From positions 1 to 40,814 of IMG/VR virus record IMGVR_UViG_3300022697_000073: 40,814 bases of DNA. One strand, written 5' to 3'. The stretch comes from a virus (taxonomy: Duplodnaviria > Caudoviricetes). How positions within the stretch are numbered: position 1 is the first letter of the stretch; each line of letters opens with the position of its first letter. This document shows, in pieces, positions 9,532-17,953 of the stretch. The translations under genes were made by a program, and so were the position numbers. A model generated the notes under the pieces. It was not told where the DNA came from. It saw nothing but the letters and a program-made list of their open reading frames with translations, and searched no databases.

Positions 9532-9840
9532 TTATAATATATATTTTATTTTTATATCATATCGCACAGGTTCTATGATAAGGCTTATCATATCTTTTAA
9601 CTCTTCTATAGAACGTACAAAGAATGCGCGGCCTCCTGCGTCTATAATTGCGTTTATCTTCTTACGCTGCAAGTCACTTGGAGTATCTGTTCTCCATTTA
9701 ACTTCAAAAGCCCAGAAGTCTCCATTAATACAAGCTATTACATCAGGAACACCAGAGACACCTGCAGCGGTTACATTAACTGTAAAGCCTCCAATACTCT
9801 TTAAATACTTTATTACTTTAGGTTGAAGCGGGTTTGCCAT
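9532..9840 (-). CDS. VRR-NUC / PD-(D/E)xK nuclease (Holliday-junction resolvase-like)
   Basis: GVPDVI...AFEVK...LQ...GGRAFFVRS. Confidence 0.85.
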   Translation of the reverse strand: MANPLQPKVIKYLKSIGGFTVNVTAAGVSGVPDVIACINGDFWAFEVKWRTDTPSDLQRKKINAIIDAGGRAFFVRSIEELKDMISLIIEPVRYDIKIKYIL

Positions 9841-11090
9841 TACTTGTCACACCTCGGGCCTATAAATACCGGTAGGAATAAACTCCATGTACTATCTTTG
9901 CTATCCTGAATTAGATCATTATATTTAACCTCAATTGTTTCTTCTAAGTACTCATCAGGGTTCATATTACGCTGATAGTCTTTTAAACCTGTTCCTACTT
10001 TAACTTTAACTCTTTTACCCTCTACACAACCTATGCATATCAAAGCTCCAATCATGCCTACATACTTTCCTTCACCCTCTTGTATGTCAGCACAAAACAA
10101 GTCAGCAGTTTTTTCTGCTTTCATTTTAATCCAAGTAGCATTACGTTTGAAAGTATACTTGCCATCCCAGTGCTTAAGTATTAACCCTTCATAGCCCTTT
10201 TCTATCAACTCTTCATACTTAGCTTGTATATCATCCCTAGTTTTAAATTCCCAGGTTTCAGCCATCTTAATTAAAGGGCTATTAAAACCTTTAACAGTAT
10301 CTTTTGCATTCTCATATCTTTCTTTATAAGTTAAAGGGCAATATTGAGCATCAAACTGTTCAAGTGTCATAGTATCAAACATGTTGTATACCAAGCCTAA
10401 TCCACTTGGTATAGGCGTACCTTTTAGAGCTGAGTTAACCAAACCACCAACTTTAGTATGGTTAGAGTTTTTACTATCCCCAAAACATAACTCGCCATCA
10501 TACATAACATTAAAGTTTGTAAAAGGTTCAATTGCTTTTACAAGCTCTGGGAATTTAAAAGTATGACCTTTTCTAGTCTTAAAGGTAACTTCTCCATCTT
10601 TAATAATAGTGATAACTCTTATACCATTATACTTTAGCTGGCCTGTAATAGGCAGAGTTATATTTTCTAAAGGTTTAGTTTTAGCTAATTGTATTTCCAT
10701 TATGTTAATAAACTTCTTACCAAATACTTTATTAAGTGTAGTAGCAGTAACGCCACAATCTAGGTTCTTATTACATATTAGTTTAACTAAATCACCTTGT
10801 TCAATACAATGTGCTTCAACACGTTCTCTTGCGGCGTTACCTGTTATTTGTCTACTGGCTAAAGTGTTCAGTAATAGGTTATCAGTAATAGTAAACTCTT
10901 TTATAGAAGGCCAGTCAATTTCTTTAAACTTTAGATAATAGGTTAATGATGGATCATAGGCATATTGAAACATGGCTTTATCTTCTTCAGTGGCCAGCTG
11001 TTTAAGTATATCCTTTTTAATATTGTTTGAATTAGTTTCTCTTAAAGCATGTAATATCATTTTATATCCCTTCAAATACTGTATCGACAA
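9840..11090 (-). CDS. lig: ATP-dependent DNA ligase (true start probably at about 11061)
   Basis: KYNGIR adenylation motif, YDGEL, EGLILK, WIKMK, GTG, SLFLPVF. Confidence 0.92.
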   Translation of the reverse strand: MSIQYLKGYKMILHALRETNSNNIKKDILKQLATEEDKAMFQYAYDPSLTYYLKFKEIDWPSIKEFTITDNLLLNTLASRQITGNAARERVEAHCIEQGDLVKLICNKNLDCGVTATTLNKVFGKKFINIMEIQLAKTKPLENITLPITGQLKYNGIRVITIIKDGEVTFKTRKGHTFKFPELVKAIEPFTNFNVMYDGELCFGDSKNSNHTKVGGLVNSALKGTPIPSGLGLVYNMFDTMTLEQFDAQYCPLTYKERYENAKDTVKGFNSPLIKMAETWEFKTRDDIQAKYEELIEKGYEGLILKHWDGKYTFKRNATWIKMKAEKTADLFCADIQEGEGKYVGMIGALICIGCVEGKRVKVKVGTGLKDYQRNMNPDEYLEETIEVKYNDLIQDSKDSTWSLFLPVFIGPRCDK

Positions 11091-12294
11091 AGTTTTTCTT
11101 ATTGATGGCTACTGTTTTATAAGCTTTGTCACTCATACCACCTTTGGTTAATATATAGTGTACTATTATTTTTTCTTTACGTTTCATGTTAGCTTGTCGT
11201 GCTCTTCGTTGTGTGTGCTGAGCAGTAGAGAAGTTTTGTGAATACATAACTAAGTGCTTAAACATAGATAAGTCAATTCCTTCAGCATAACTAGTTGCTT
11301 GCAATAGCTTAGCATTTTTAAATATCCTTTCAAGTTTTGTTTTTTCAGGTTTGTAATGATACATTATAACTAGTTCTTTTGTATCACCCCAGTTGTCAAG
11401 TATATAGTCAACTTTCTCTCTATTACCTAACACTAAGTATTCACCATTAATTTTAGCTGTACCTCCCTCTAGTTGATGTAAAGCCCAACGTAACCTAGCT
11501 GGTGAGTCACATATTAAGGAATATTCTTTGCCTGTAGAAGCTAATGTAAAGTCTATAACTCTCTTCTTAACTAGTGTATTATAGATGTTCTTAACTCCAT
11601 CACTTAGTTTAACATAGTGTAACTTATCTTCAGGTTCTTGTTCAAAGCCTAACTGCTTACGTGTATAAGTTATAAACAAATGACTGACCTCTTTCATTAT
11701 GTTTTCAACTTGTACAGCTGTATAGTCTACAACGCTATGAGCTGGTCCAATACGTTTAGTTTTAACATTCCCCATACTGTCACGTTCGGCATAAAATGAG
11801 AACCATTCGTAATAGTTTTTAAACTTACCCCATAGTGTCCATCTATTTAGTGCAAATTGGTTAAATAATAGTTGAGGACCTTGCGCGTGAGGTGTAGCGC
11901 TACTAAAAATAATAGGTAAACCAAATATCATCTTAAAGCAATCATTCCATATCTTTGATCTCTTTGGATAACCGCTAATATACTTATGAGACTCATCTAG
12001 TATAACTGCGTCATAACCACCTTTAATTGAAGACTTTAGAACAGAGTGGTAGTTTATCACTGTGTAATCTTTTGCATGCTTGTATTCTTTTAATGTTTTA
12101 TTCCACCCTGCCATTGCCTTAACAGTTGTAACAACCAATACTTTCTTAATAACTTTGCTATGCTCATATATGCGTATAGCAACTATAGTCTTGCCTGTTC
12201 TTTCCTCCATTGCTAAGTAAACCATACCATACTTTGTAATAATAGGTATAGCTTCCTTAGCAATTGCTACTTGATGTGGCCATGCTTCCATCAT
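11062..12294 (-). CDS. SF2 (SNF2/DEAD-like) helicase
   Basis: PHQ, RTGKT, ILDESH, SATP, EGIDL, QRRAR motifs. Confidence 0.85.
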   Translation of the reverse strand: MMEAWPHQVAIAKEAIPIITKYGMVYLAMEERTGKTIVAIRIYEHSKVIKKVLVVTTVKAMAGWNKTLKEYKHAKDYTVINYHSVLKSSIKGGYDAVILDESHKYISGYPKRSKIWNDCFKMIFGLPIIFSSATPHAQGPQLLFNQFALNRWTLWGKFKNYYEWFSFYAERDSMGNVKTKRIGPAHSVVDYTAVQVENIMKEVSHLFITYTRKQLGFEQEPEDKLHYVKLSDGVKNIYNTLVKKRVIDFTLASTGKEYSLICDSPARLRWALHQLEGGTAKINGEYLVLGNREKVDYILDNWGDTKELVIMYHYKPEKTKLERIFKNAKLLQATSYAEGIDLSMFKHLVMYSQNFSTAQHTQRRARQANMKRKEKIIVHYILTKGGMSDKAYKTVAINKKNFVDTVFEGI

Positions 12295-12539
12295 CTAGAC
12301 AGTACTCCTGGAACAAACACGTCACTTATGATTATACCATATACGTCAAAAAATCTTTCAGCAACTTTCTTGGTCATTAGTTTTCCTTTCTTGTAGTTTG
12401 ATATCTGTATAGGTTGCACATTAGTTTGCTTACTAGATAACGACTTAGCTAGTTCATATAACGAAGTTACCTCATAAAAGTCTGCTATATGCTTAATGGC
12501 TTCAACTCCTGTCATTACATCTTCTTCCATACTTGTCAT
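12291..12539 (-). CDS. Small protein, possible HTH DNA-binding
   Basis: 82 aa; SLYELAKSL...PIQISNYKKG resembles a Cro/XRE-type HTH. Confidence 0.4.
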   Translation of the reverse strand: MTSMEEDVMTGVEAIKHIADFYEVTSLYELAKSLSSKQTNVQPIQISNYKKGKLMTKKVAERFFDVYGIIISDVFVPGVLSR

Positions 12540-13324
12540 AGTCTAAGACTCCTTTTAACATTATTGTTATCTACTTCATTATCGTGACTTTCAAATCCTG
12601 CAGTGTCTACTTCCATATCAAATGTACTAGAATAATCTAATTTAACATCTGTTCTCATCTTAATTAGAGATAGCTGTTCTGCCATATACTCATACGGATT
12701 AACACCTGGCAACTTAGCTGCACATACTTCTTTATACATCTCCATAGCATCATCTATAGCTGTTAGAGGGTCTACAATTCTATTTGCGGCCTTAGCTTTT
12801 CCAATGCGAGGTAGACCTGGAATGTTATCACTAGTATCACCCATTAATACCTGTCTATAAAGTCTTAATATAGCTTCATCTTCAGTGATTGTTTTCCATT
12901 CTTTTTTAACATAGTTATAGTGCTTACCAGGGCATTGTAGAATATCTTTATCTACTCCCATATGTATTGCACCATTCCAATACATATCTGTAGCTATTGC
13001 ATCATCTGCTTCAAAACCACTAACAATCATTGCATTACACTCTTCAACTAAGAAGTCTCTGCAGAAGCCGAGGAATTGAGGTCTAACCATAGATACCCTA
13101 TTGCCTTTATAAGGTTTAGTTTTAGCAGCTGCATACCTAAAGTTTTTGCTTCCACCCAAGTATATCCTCATTCTACTTATGCCAGTATCATTTACTATGT
13201 GTTGCAGTGTAGACATTATAATAGAACTGCAAGCACCTTCAAAATGTGTTTCGCAAGCTGCTGCAGTTCTATAGGCAATTGTGTCTCCATCAACTGCGAA
13301 TACTTCTGGTTGTTCATTAAACAT
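12536..13324 (-). CDS. 5'-3' exonuclease / flap endonuclease (T7 gp6-like)
   Basis: DGD, NFR, YKGNR, EADD, DKD, GDTSDNIPGLPRIG (H3TH). Confidence 0.92.
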   Translation of the reverse strand: MFNEQPEVFAVDGDTIAYRTAAACETHFEGACSSIIMSTLQHIVNDTGISRMRIYLGGSKNFRYAAAKTKPYKGNRVSMVRPQFLGFCRDFLVEECNAMIVSGFEADDAIATDMYWNGAIHMGVDKDILQCPGKHYNYVKKEWKTITEDEAILRLYRQVLMGDTSDNIPGLPRIGKAKAANRIVDPLTAIDDAMEMYKEVCAAKLPGVNPYEYMAEQLSLIKMRTDVKLDYSSTFDMEVDTAGFESHDNEVDNNNVKRSLRL

Positions 13325-13616
13325 TAGTTTCTCCTTCTACTTCATAAGTTTCTTTAAACTCCTCGTCACCACATGGGTATAGTTTACCATCTTTTCCTTT
13401 AATTAGCCAATCGTTCGGCCATAATGATTTTACGCCTACAAGGGTTTCTACGTCAATTCTCCATCTACTAATAGTCATTTCAACAGAGTTATAATCTGCA
13501 TAAGACACTATTAAGCCAAAGGGTAATTTTACATCTTCAACTAAATGTTGTAATACAAGCTCATTAGTTATTTGAAATGCTTCAACAACTACTGGTTTCT
13601 TTCTATACATAACCAT
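13317..13616 (-). CDS. Conserved phage protein (YRKKPVVVEAFQ / PGDYG-like family)
   Basis: YRKKPVVVEAFQ...DWLIKG...YPC...F-x-x-TYE. Confidence 0.75.
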   Translation of the reverse strand: MVMYRKKPVVVEAFQITNELVLQHLVEDVKLPFGLIVSYADYNSVEMTISRWRIDVETLVGVKSLWPNDWLIKGKDGKLYPCGDEEFKETYEVEGETNV

Positions 13617-13804
13617 TATAGATCTCCCCTAAAAGAATCTATCACTGTGTGTATCTCATTAGCAATGTTTAAACAAATGTAGGTAATGCATTTAAAAATG
13701 CCCTTTAGAGTATGCCAAATTAAAGGTGCGGGTAAAAGAAGAGTTAGGCCTATGCCTAACATAATATTGAGACCTATATTTTTAACTTTTTCTGATTTTT
13801 TCAT
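13616..13804 (-). CDS. Small hypothetical membrane protein
   Basis: 62 aa, hydrophobic stretch, coupled to both neighbours. Confidence 0.55.
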   Translation of the reverse strand: MKKSEKVKNIGLNIMLGIGLTLLLPAPLIWHTLKGIFKCITYICLNIANEIHTVIDSFRGDL

Positions 13805-14451
13805 TATTTTGTATCCTTTCTGATTTTAGGTAAACTTTTGAGTTCAGTTATGAATGCTAGGTTAGCTGCTATATGATCTAGATGGTTTAGGCCACTTTCA
13901 GGATCATCTTCTTCACCTTCCCTCCAAGCATCAAAGTGTCTTTGCAATGCATTGAGATAACACTCAATATCTTTTGTTTCCCTCCAATTATTAACTTTAT
14001 ATTTCTTAGCCCCGTAAGATAAAGCTCGTGCAACACCTTGTGATAATGAGGCAGGAACCAAAGACATGCGAGGCTTTTTACTATCAAATTTCATAAACTC
14101 ACTTATAACTTCATAAGGTAAGCTAACGGCTTTTAAAGCTGCTTTACAACTATTGCAAGGTTCAAAAGTGATAAACATTTTGAAGTAACCACTATGTTTT
14201 GTATATGCTGGCCTTTTATTTATGGCGTCTATTTCTGCATGCGTAACAGTAGATAGAGTATTACCGTTTATATCTTCACACAAAGGGCCTAAACCTTTAT
14301 TGTTATTATTAAAACCCTCAGATACTATTAAGTAATTTAGGTCACCTGCCTGGCCAGACACAGTAGCTATAACTGCCCCAACTTTACGCTTCTTTGCCGT
14401 AGACTTAGCAGCAACATCTATTAAGTATTTATGTAACTCATCTTTTGTCAT
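13804..14451 (-). CDS. Fusion of dCMP-deaminase-like domain and DUF5664 (dATP/dGTP diphosphohydrolase-type) domain
   Basis: N-half KVGAVI...HAE...PCNSC (zinc deaminase); C-half KFDSKKPRMSLVP...GAKKY..NNWR...RH..AW..GE..DPESGLNHLDH. Confidence 0.85.
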   Translation of the reverse strand: MTKDELHKYLIDVAAKSTAKKRKVGAVIATVSGQAGDLNYLIVSEGFNNNNKGLGPLCEDINGNTLSTVTHAEIDAINKRPAYTKHSGYFKMFITFEPCNSCKAALKAVSLPYEVISEFMKFDSKKPRMSLVPASLSQGVARALSYGAKKYKVNNWRETKDIECYLNALQRHFDAWREGEEDDPESGLNHLDHIAANLAFITELKSLPKIRKDTK

Positions 14452-14471
14452 TTCATTCTCCTTTAGTTTGT

Positions 14472-15038
14472 TTAACTTTTATGTACAGCTATAATATGTT
14501 TAAGTTGTTTTGTAGGTGGTATAAAGTTTTCACCTTTATCTATATTAGCTTTTATATGAGCTTCAACTTTGCCTCTAATAATCTTTGTATTGTTACTATC
14601 ACATATAGCTTTACAGATAGAATAGAAATGTTCTTGCATACCTAAACCTCTTAATGTGCCTATAGCTGTTATAAATAGACTGTAACATGCTAAATCGAAG
14701 CCTGCAAAAAGATCAGCCATTTTATAATCATCTATATGCTTTGTACTTTCATAATATAAGTTACGAATTTCTAATGTAAAATAAAAGGCTTGTTCAGCAC
14801 TTATTTGGTCTAAGCGCTCAAATAGACCTTTAATAATCTCTTCGGTTATACCAAGCTTCCAGAATACTCCAATAGCTACGAACGTTATATCTCCTATAGC
14901 ATCTAGCTTGTCAACTAATTTAGAAGCCTCAAATAGTTCAGTAGTCTCCTCTAATAGTAAATTAACAGCTAAAGATCTATCATATTTACATTCATATCTT
15001 GCTGCATTCCATTTAATACAATCTTCTACTATATCCAT
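14472..15038 (-). CDS. MazG-like all-alpha NTP pyrophosphohydrolase with internal insertion
   Basis: LLLEETTEL...LDAIGDITFVAIG...ICDSNNTK (EExxE, DxxxD, SNxxK). Confidence 0.75.
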   Translation of the reverse strand: MDIVEDCIKWNAARYECKYDRSLAVNLLLEETTELFEASKLVDKLDAIGDITFVAIGVFWKLGITEEIIKGLFERLDQISAEQAFYFTLEIRNLYYESTKHIDDYKMADLFAGFDLACYSLFITAIGTLRGLGMQEHFYSICKAICDSNNTKIIRGKVEAHIKANIDKGENFIPPTKQLKHIIAVHKS

Positions 15039-15050
15039 TATTTAGTTCTC

Positions 15051-15896
15051 CTATACGTTAAGTTTAAATTTAATTGCCGGACAAGGGTCATAGTTATTTA
15101 TAGTTAACATCTCTGGAGAGAAGTTAAGCACTGTTGCGTCTTCTTTTAATTCATAGTTTAAAACACAATAATTTTTATCTAAACAGTTTGTTACATTTCT
15201 CATATACTCTATTGTAGGTTCTATATGATTGGTATATATGTGCGTATCTGCTAAAACTAGTTTGATCTTACCGGGTCTTAATCCTACTTGATGAGCTATT
15301 AATGCATTCCATGCTGCAGCCAATATAATGTCACTAGGTAAGCCTACCATAACATCTACACTTCTTTGGTACCATATCATATCAAGAAACTCGCCTTCTC
15401 GCACATACCATTGGTATAATAGATGGCAACAAGGTAGATCTAAGTTTACTAGATTGGAAGGGTCCCAACCAGTTATAATATGTCTTCTACCCGTGGGGTC
15501 AATTTTTAAACTTTGTATCAAGTTTTCTAACTGATTTGTACCATTAAAATCAACCCATTTATTGCCATAGTCTAATGTTATTGCACCAGCTCCATAATTT
15601 CTACCACCATCTCTAAATAGTTCAATCTGATCTTTAGATCCCCATTCATTCCAATAGTTGCAACCTTTACTTTGAAAGTCTTTTACATTGTTGGGGCAGT
15701 GAAGAAAAGCAGATAGTTCACCTAATACAGGCTTATAAAATAACTTGCGACCTCTTAACAAAGGAAACTCAATACTTGTATCTATAGTAATAGTTTCACC
15801 AAATATAGAATAAGTTTCACCTGCTCTTGTTTTGCGTTTATCTCCTTCTTGTAAGATCTTTTCTATTAGTTTAGCATATTGTTCATATTCCCACAT
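15051..15896 (-). CDS. thyA: Thymidylate synthase (ThyA) family protein with Asp at the Asn177 position; possible dCMP C5-methyl/hydroxymethyltransferase
   Basis: YWNEW, GRRHII, LPCCH, YQRSVD...GLPSDI, DTHIYTNH. Confidence 0.9.
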   Translation of the reverse strand: MWEYEQYAKLIEKILQEGDKRKTRAGETYSIFGETITIDTSIEFPLLRGRKLFYKPVLGELSAFLHCPNNVKDFQSKGCNYWNEWGSKDQIELFRDGGRNYGAGAITLDYGNKWVDFNGTNQLENLIQSLKIDPTGRRHIITGWDPSNLVNLDLPCCHLLYQWYVREGEFLDMIWYQRSVDVMVGLPSDIILAAAWNALIAHQVGLRPGKIKLVLADTHIYTNHIEPTIEYMRNVTNCLDKNYCVLNYELKEDATVLNFSPEMLTINNYDPCPAIKFKLNV

Positions 15897-15911
15897 TTCT
15901 ATGTTCCTTTC

Positions 15912-17588
15912 TTATTGTTCATATTTAGCTATATACTTACCATTTTCTATATCACCCCAGTTATAGCCAACCAATACATTAACAGGCATAGGTAAATCTG
16001 TTATCTCAACAGAAGTGCACATTTCTGTCCATGCCTCTTGCATACTATCAGCTATGATCTTATTAGCTAGGGTGTATAATTTTTTGTCATTCGGACAGGT
16101 AAAAGTATAACTGTCATGAATAAAGTTTCTAAGTTTAATATCAGTATTTAACTTTTTAAGCTTGGGTATCATATAATGCATAGCTAATTTAGCAACTTCA
16201 GACTCGAAACCTTGTACCTGCATAGCTAGCTGGTCAGTCATCATTTTAGCCTTATACTTACGTCCCAAAGGTGTTTGCCATACCCTACCATTTTTCCAGT
16301 CTTTAATACCTCTTTGCTGCCACGAAGATATTTGTTTCCACAAGCCTACCCATTTCTTTTTAATCTTCTTTGCTTCCTGCTCTTTAAGGCATAAACCAGC
16401 TTGCTTCAATAGAATAGACATAAACACAAATACACCCGCTCCAAAAAGTAAACCAAAATTAGCAGTCTTGCTGATTTGTCTCTCCGTCTTTGTAAAAACT
16501 TTTCCAAATATCATTTCAGCAACATAATTATGTAAGTCTTTACCTTCTCTAAATAACTTCTCCATAGTCTTATCGCCTGTTATAACACATACGCCGCGCA
16601 ATTGTATTTGCGCATAATCAGAATACAATATAACTTCAGAACCTCCATCAGGCACACCAAATATACCTTTTAATTTACGAGGTATTTGTTGCAAATTTTG
16701 GTGACTTGACGTGGTTCTCCCTGACCTAGCTGAACATTTAAACTTTCCAAATATAGAGTTATTTTCTACAGTGTTTGCATATTTGGTTAAAAAAGAATTA
16801 CTTTTAACTAGCTTACGCGTTTCTCTAACTGCCTTAGCTCTTTCACTACCTTGAGCAGACAACCTAGCTAAGCCTTCGTCATTTGAATTTTCAGAGTCTA
16901 TATAAGGTCTTACTTGTTGCCATGAATTACAGTTAATAGGTAAACCAATTTCTTTTATTCTATATGTGTTCAAAGCATATTGATCTTCAAGTCTATCAAT
17001 CAATATAGGCATGCCATTGTTTTGAAAATCTAAACAATACTTAGTGCACAATATATCTAGTTTATAGCTAAACTCATTTAACACACCCTTAACAGTATCC
17101 CAGACTTCTTGCAAGCATATAACATCTGTTGCAGCATATATAAGTTGCTCTTCAGAAAGCAATACAGCATTCCAATCAGACTTTTGCATTTCTTTCTTAT
17201 TGTGATAAGGATCATGGCCTATTGTGTATTTTATAACATCATCTAAAGCAAACTTTGCTTGATCATAAAAATACAACCTAGATAGTAAAAAAGTACAGTC
17301 AAACTTTTTTGGCATCCAAGTCAATCTACCTACTTGCTCTTGTATAGTAGATATATCATAATGCACATTATGAGCAACTATATGTAAGTCAGTTAAATAG
17401 CTAATTAGTTCATAAGGGCTAGGATTTTCAACAATTATAGCTGTACCATTCATATGCTTCTGATAGAACTGTGCTAGTCTTATTTTACCATAAAAACCTT
17501 TGGTTTCAGTATCAAACATAACAGGCTCATCAACATTTAACGACTTGATAGCGTCAGCTAAAGACATTAGTTTATATTTTATTTCCAT
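15912..17588 (-). CDS. polA: Compact family A DNA polymerase with 3'-5' exonuclease
   Basis: Exo motifs FDTET/HNVHYD/YAATD; SGRTTS..NLQQIP; motif A DYAQIQLR; motif B RQISKTANFGLLFG; motif C IHDS. Confidence 0.93.
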   Translation of the reverse strand: MEIKYKLMSLADAIKSLNVDEPVMFDTETKGFYGKIRLAQFYQKHMNGTAIIVENPSPYELISYLTDLHIVAHNVHYDISTIQEQVGRLTWMPKKFDCTFLLSRLYFYDQAKFALDDVIKYTIGHDPYHNKKEMQKSDWNAVLLSEEQLIYAATDVICLQEVWDTVKGVLNEFSYKLDILCTKYCLDFQNNGMPILIDRLEDQYALNTYRIKEIGLPINCNSWQQVRPYIDSENSNDEGLARLSAQGSERAKAVRETRKLVKSNSFLTKYANTVENNSIFGKFKCSARSGRTTSSHQNLQQIPRKLKGIFGVPDGGSEVILYSDYAQIQLRGVCVITGDKTMEKLFREGKDLHNYVAEMIFGKVFTKTERQISKTANFGLLFGAGVFVFMSILLKQAGLCLKEQEAKKIKKKWVGLWKQISSWQQRGIKDWKNGRVWQTPLGRKYKAKMMTDQLAMQVQGFESEVAKLAMHYMIPKLKKLNTDIKLRNFIHDSYTFTCPNDKKLYTLANKIIADSMQEAWTEMCTSVEITDLPMPVNVLVGYNWGDIENGKYIAKYEQ

Positions 17589-17612
17589 TATTTTTACTCC
17601 TTAAAAGTTAAT

Positions 17613-17690
17613 TGGCTCTTAGGAAGGATTCGAACCTTCGATATACTACCCTCGTCAGAGTAGCCATGTGTTCCTGCTCATCTCACCAGC
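17613..17690 (-). tRNA. tRNA-like element / pseudo-tRNA (GAC-containing 8-nt anticodon loop, poor acceptor stem)
   Basis: Minus strand has a perfect T-arm GAAGG-TTCGAAT-CCTTC, 3' CCA, anticodon-like stem CTACT/GGTAG and a D-loop-like AGCAGGAACA. Confidence 0.5.
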
Positions 17691-17693
17691 AAA

Positions 17694-17951
17694 TTAAAAT
17701 GGAATATCATCATCACCATCAGGTAGTGGAAACTTCTGAGGCGTTTTTATAGGTTTAATGGGTTTAACAGGATCGAACCTGTCTAATTCGATCCCTATCT
17801 TTTCTTTACAGAATGCTAGTCCTTCAGAGTAAGCTTCGTTATACAAATCGCCCTTTACTTCTACTTCTGTTTTACATTCGTAGGTAACATTCTCATAATT
17901 ACCTAAATTGATAAGTCTTTTAATACCTACTGTTATTGTTTTAATAGTCAT
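17694..17951 (-). CDS. Small protein (NLGNYE motif) ending in an SSB-like DDDIPF tail
   Basis: GGAGG RBS before ATG at 17951; 85 aa. Confidence 0.75.
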   Translation of the reverse strand: MTIKTITVGIKRLINLGNYENVTYECKTEVEVKGDLYNEAYSEGLAFCKEKIGIELDRFDPVKPIKPIKTPQKFPLPDGDDDIPF

Positions 17952-17953
17952 GG

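Noticed and set aside
9476-9826. 116-aa plus-strand ORF
   Set aside because: It is an antisense shadow of the VRR-NUC gene and starts inside the palindromic repeat.
13804-15038. 2-aminoadenine (Z) or 7-deazaguanine genome pathway suggested by DUF5664/MazG
   Set aside because: No PurZ, HD-domain DatZ, FolE/QueCDE or DpdA homologue is recognisable anywhere in this apparently complete genome.
15912-17588. Single-subunit RNA polymerase (IHDS motif)
   Set aside because: Intact 3'-5' exonuclease motifs and PolA motifs A/B identify a DNA polymerase; HDS also occurs in other phage PolAs.
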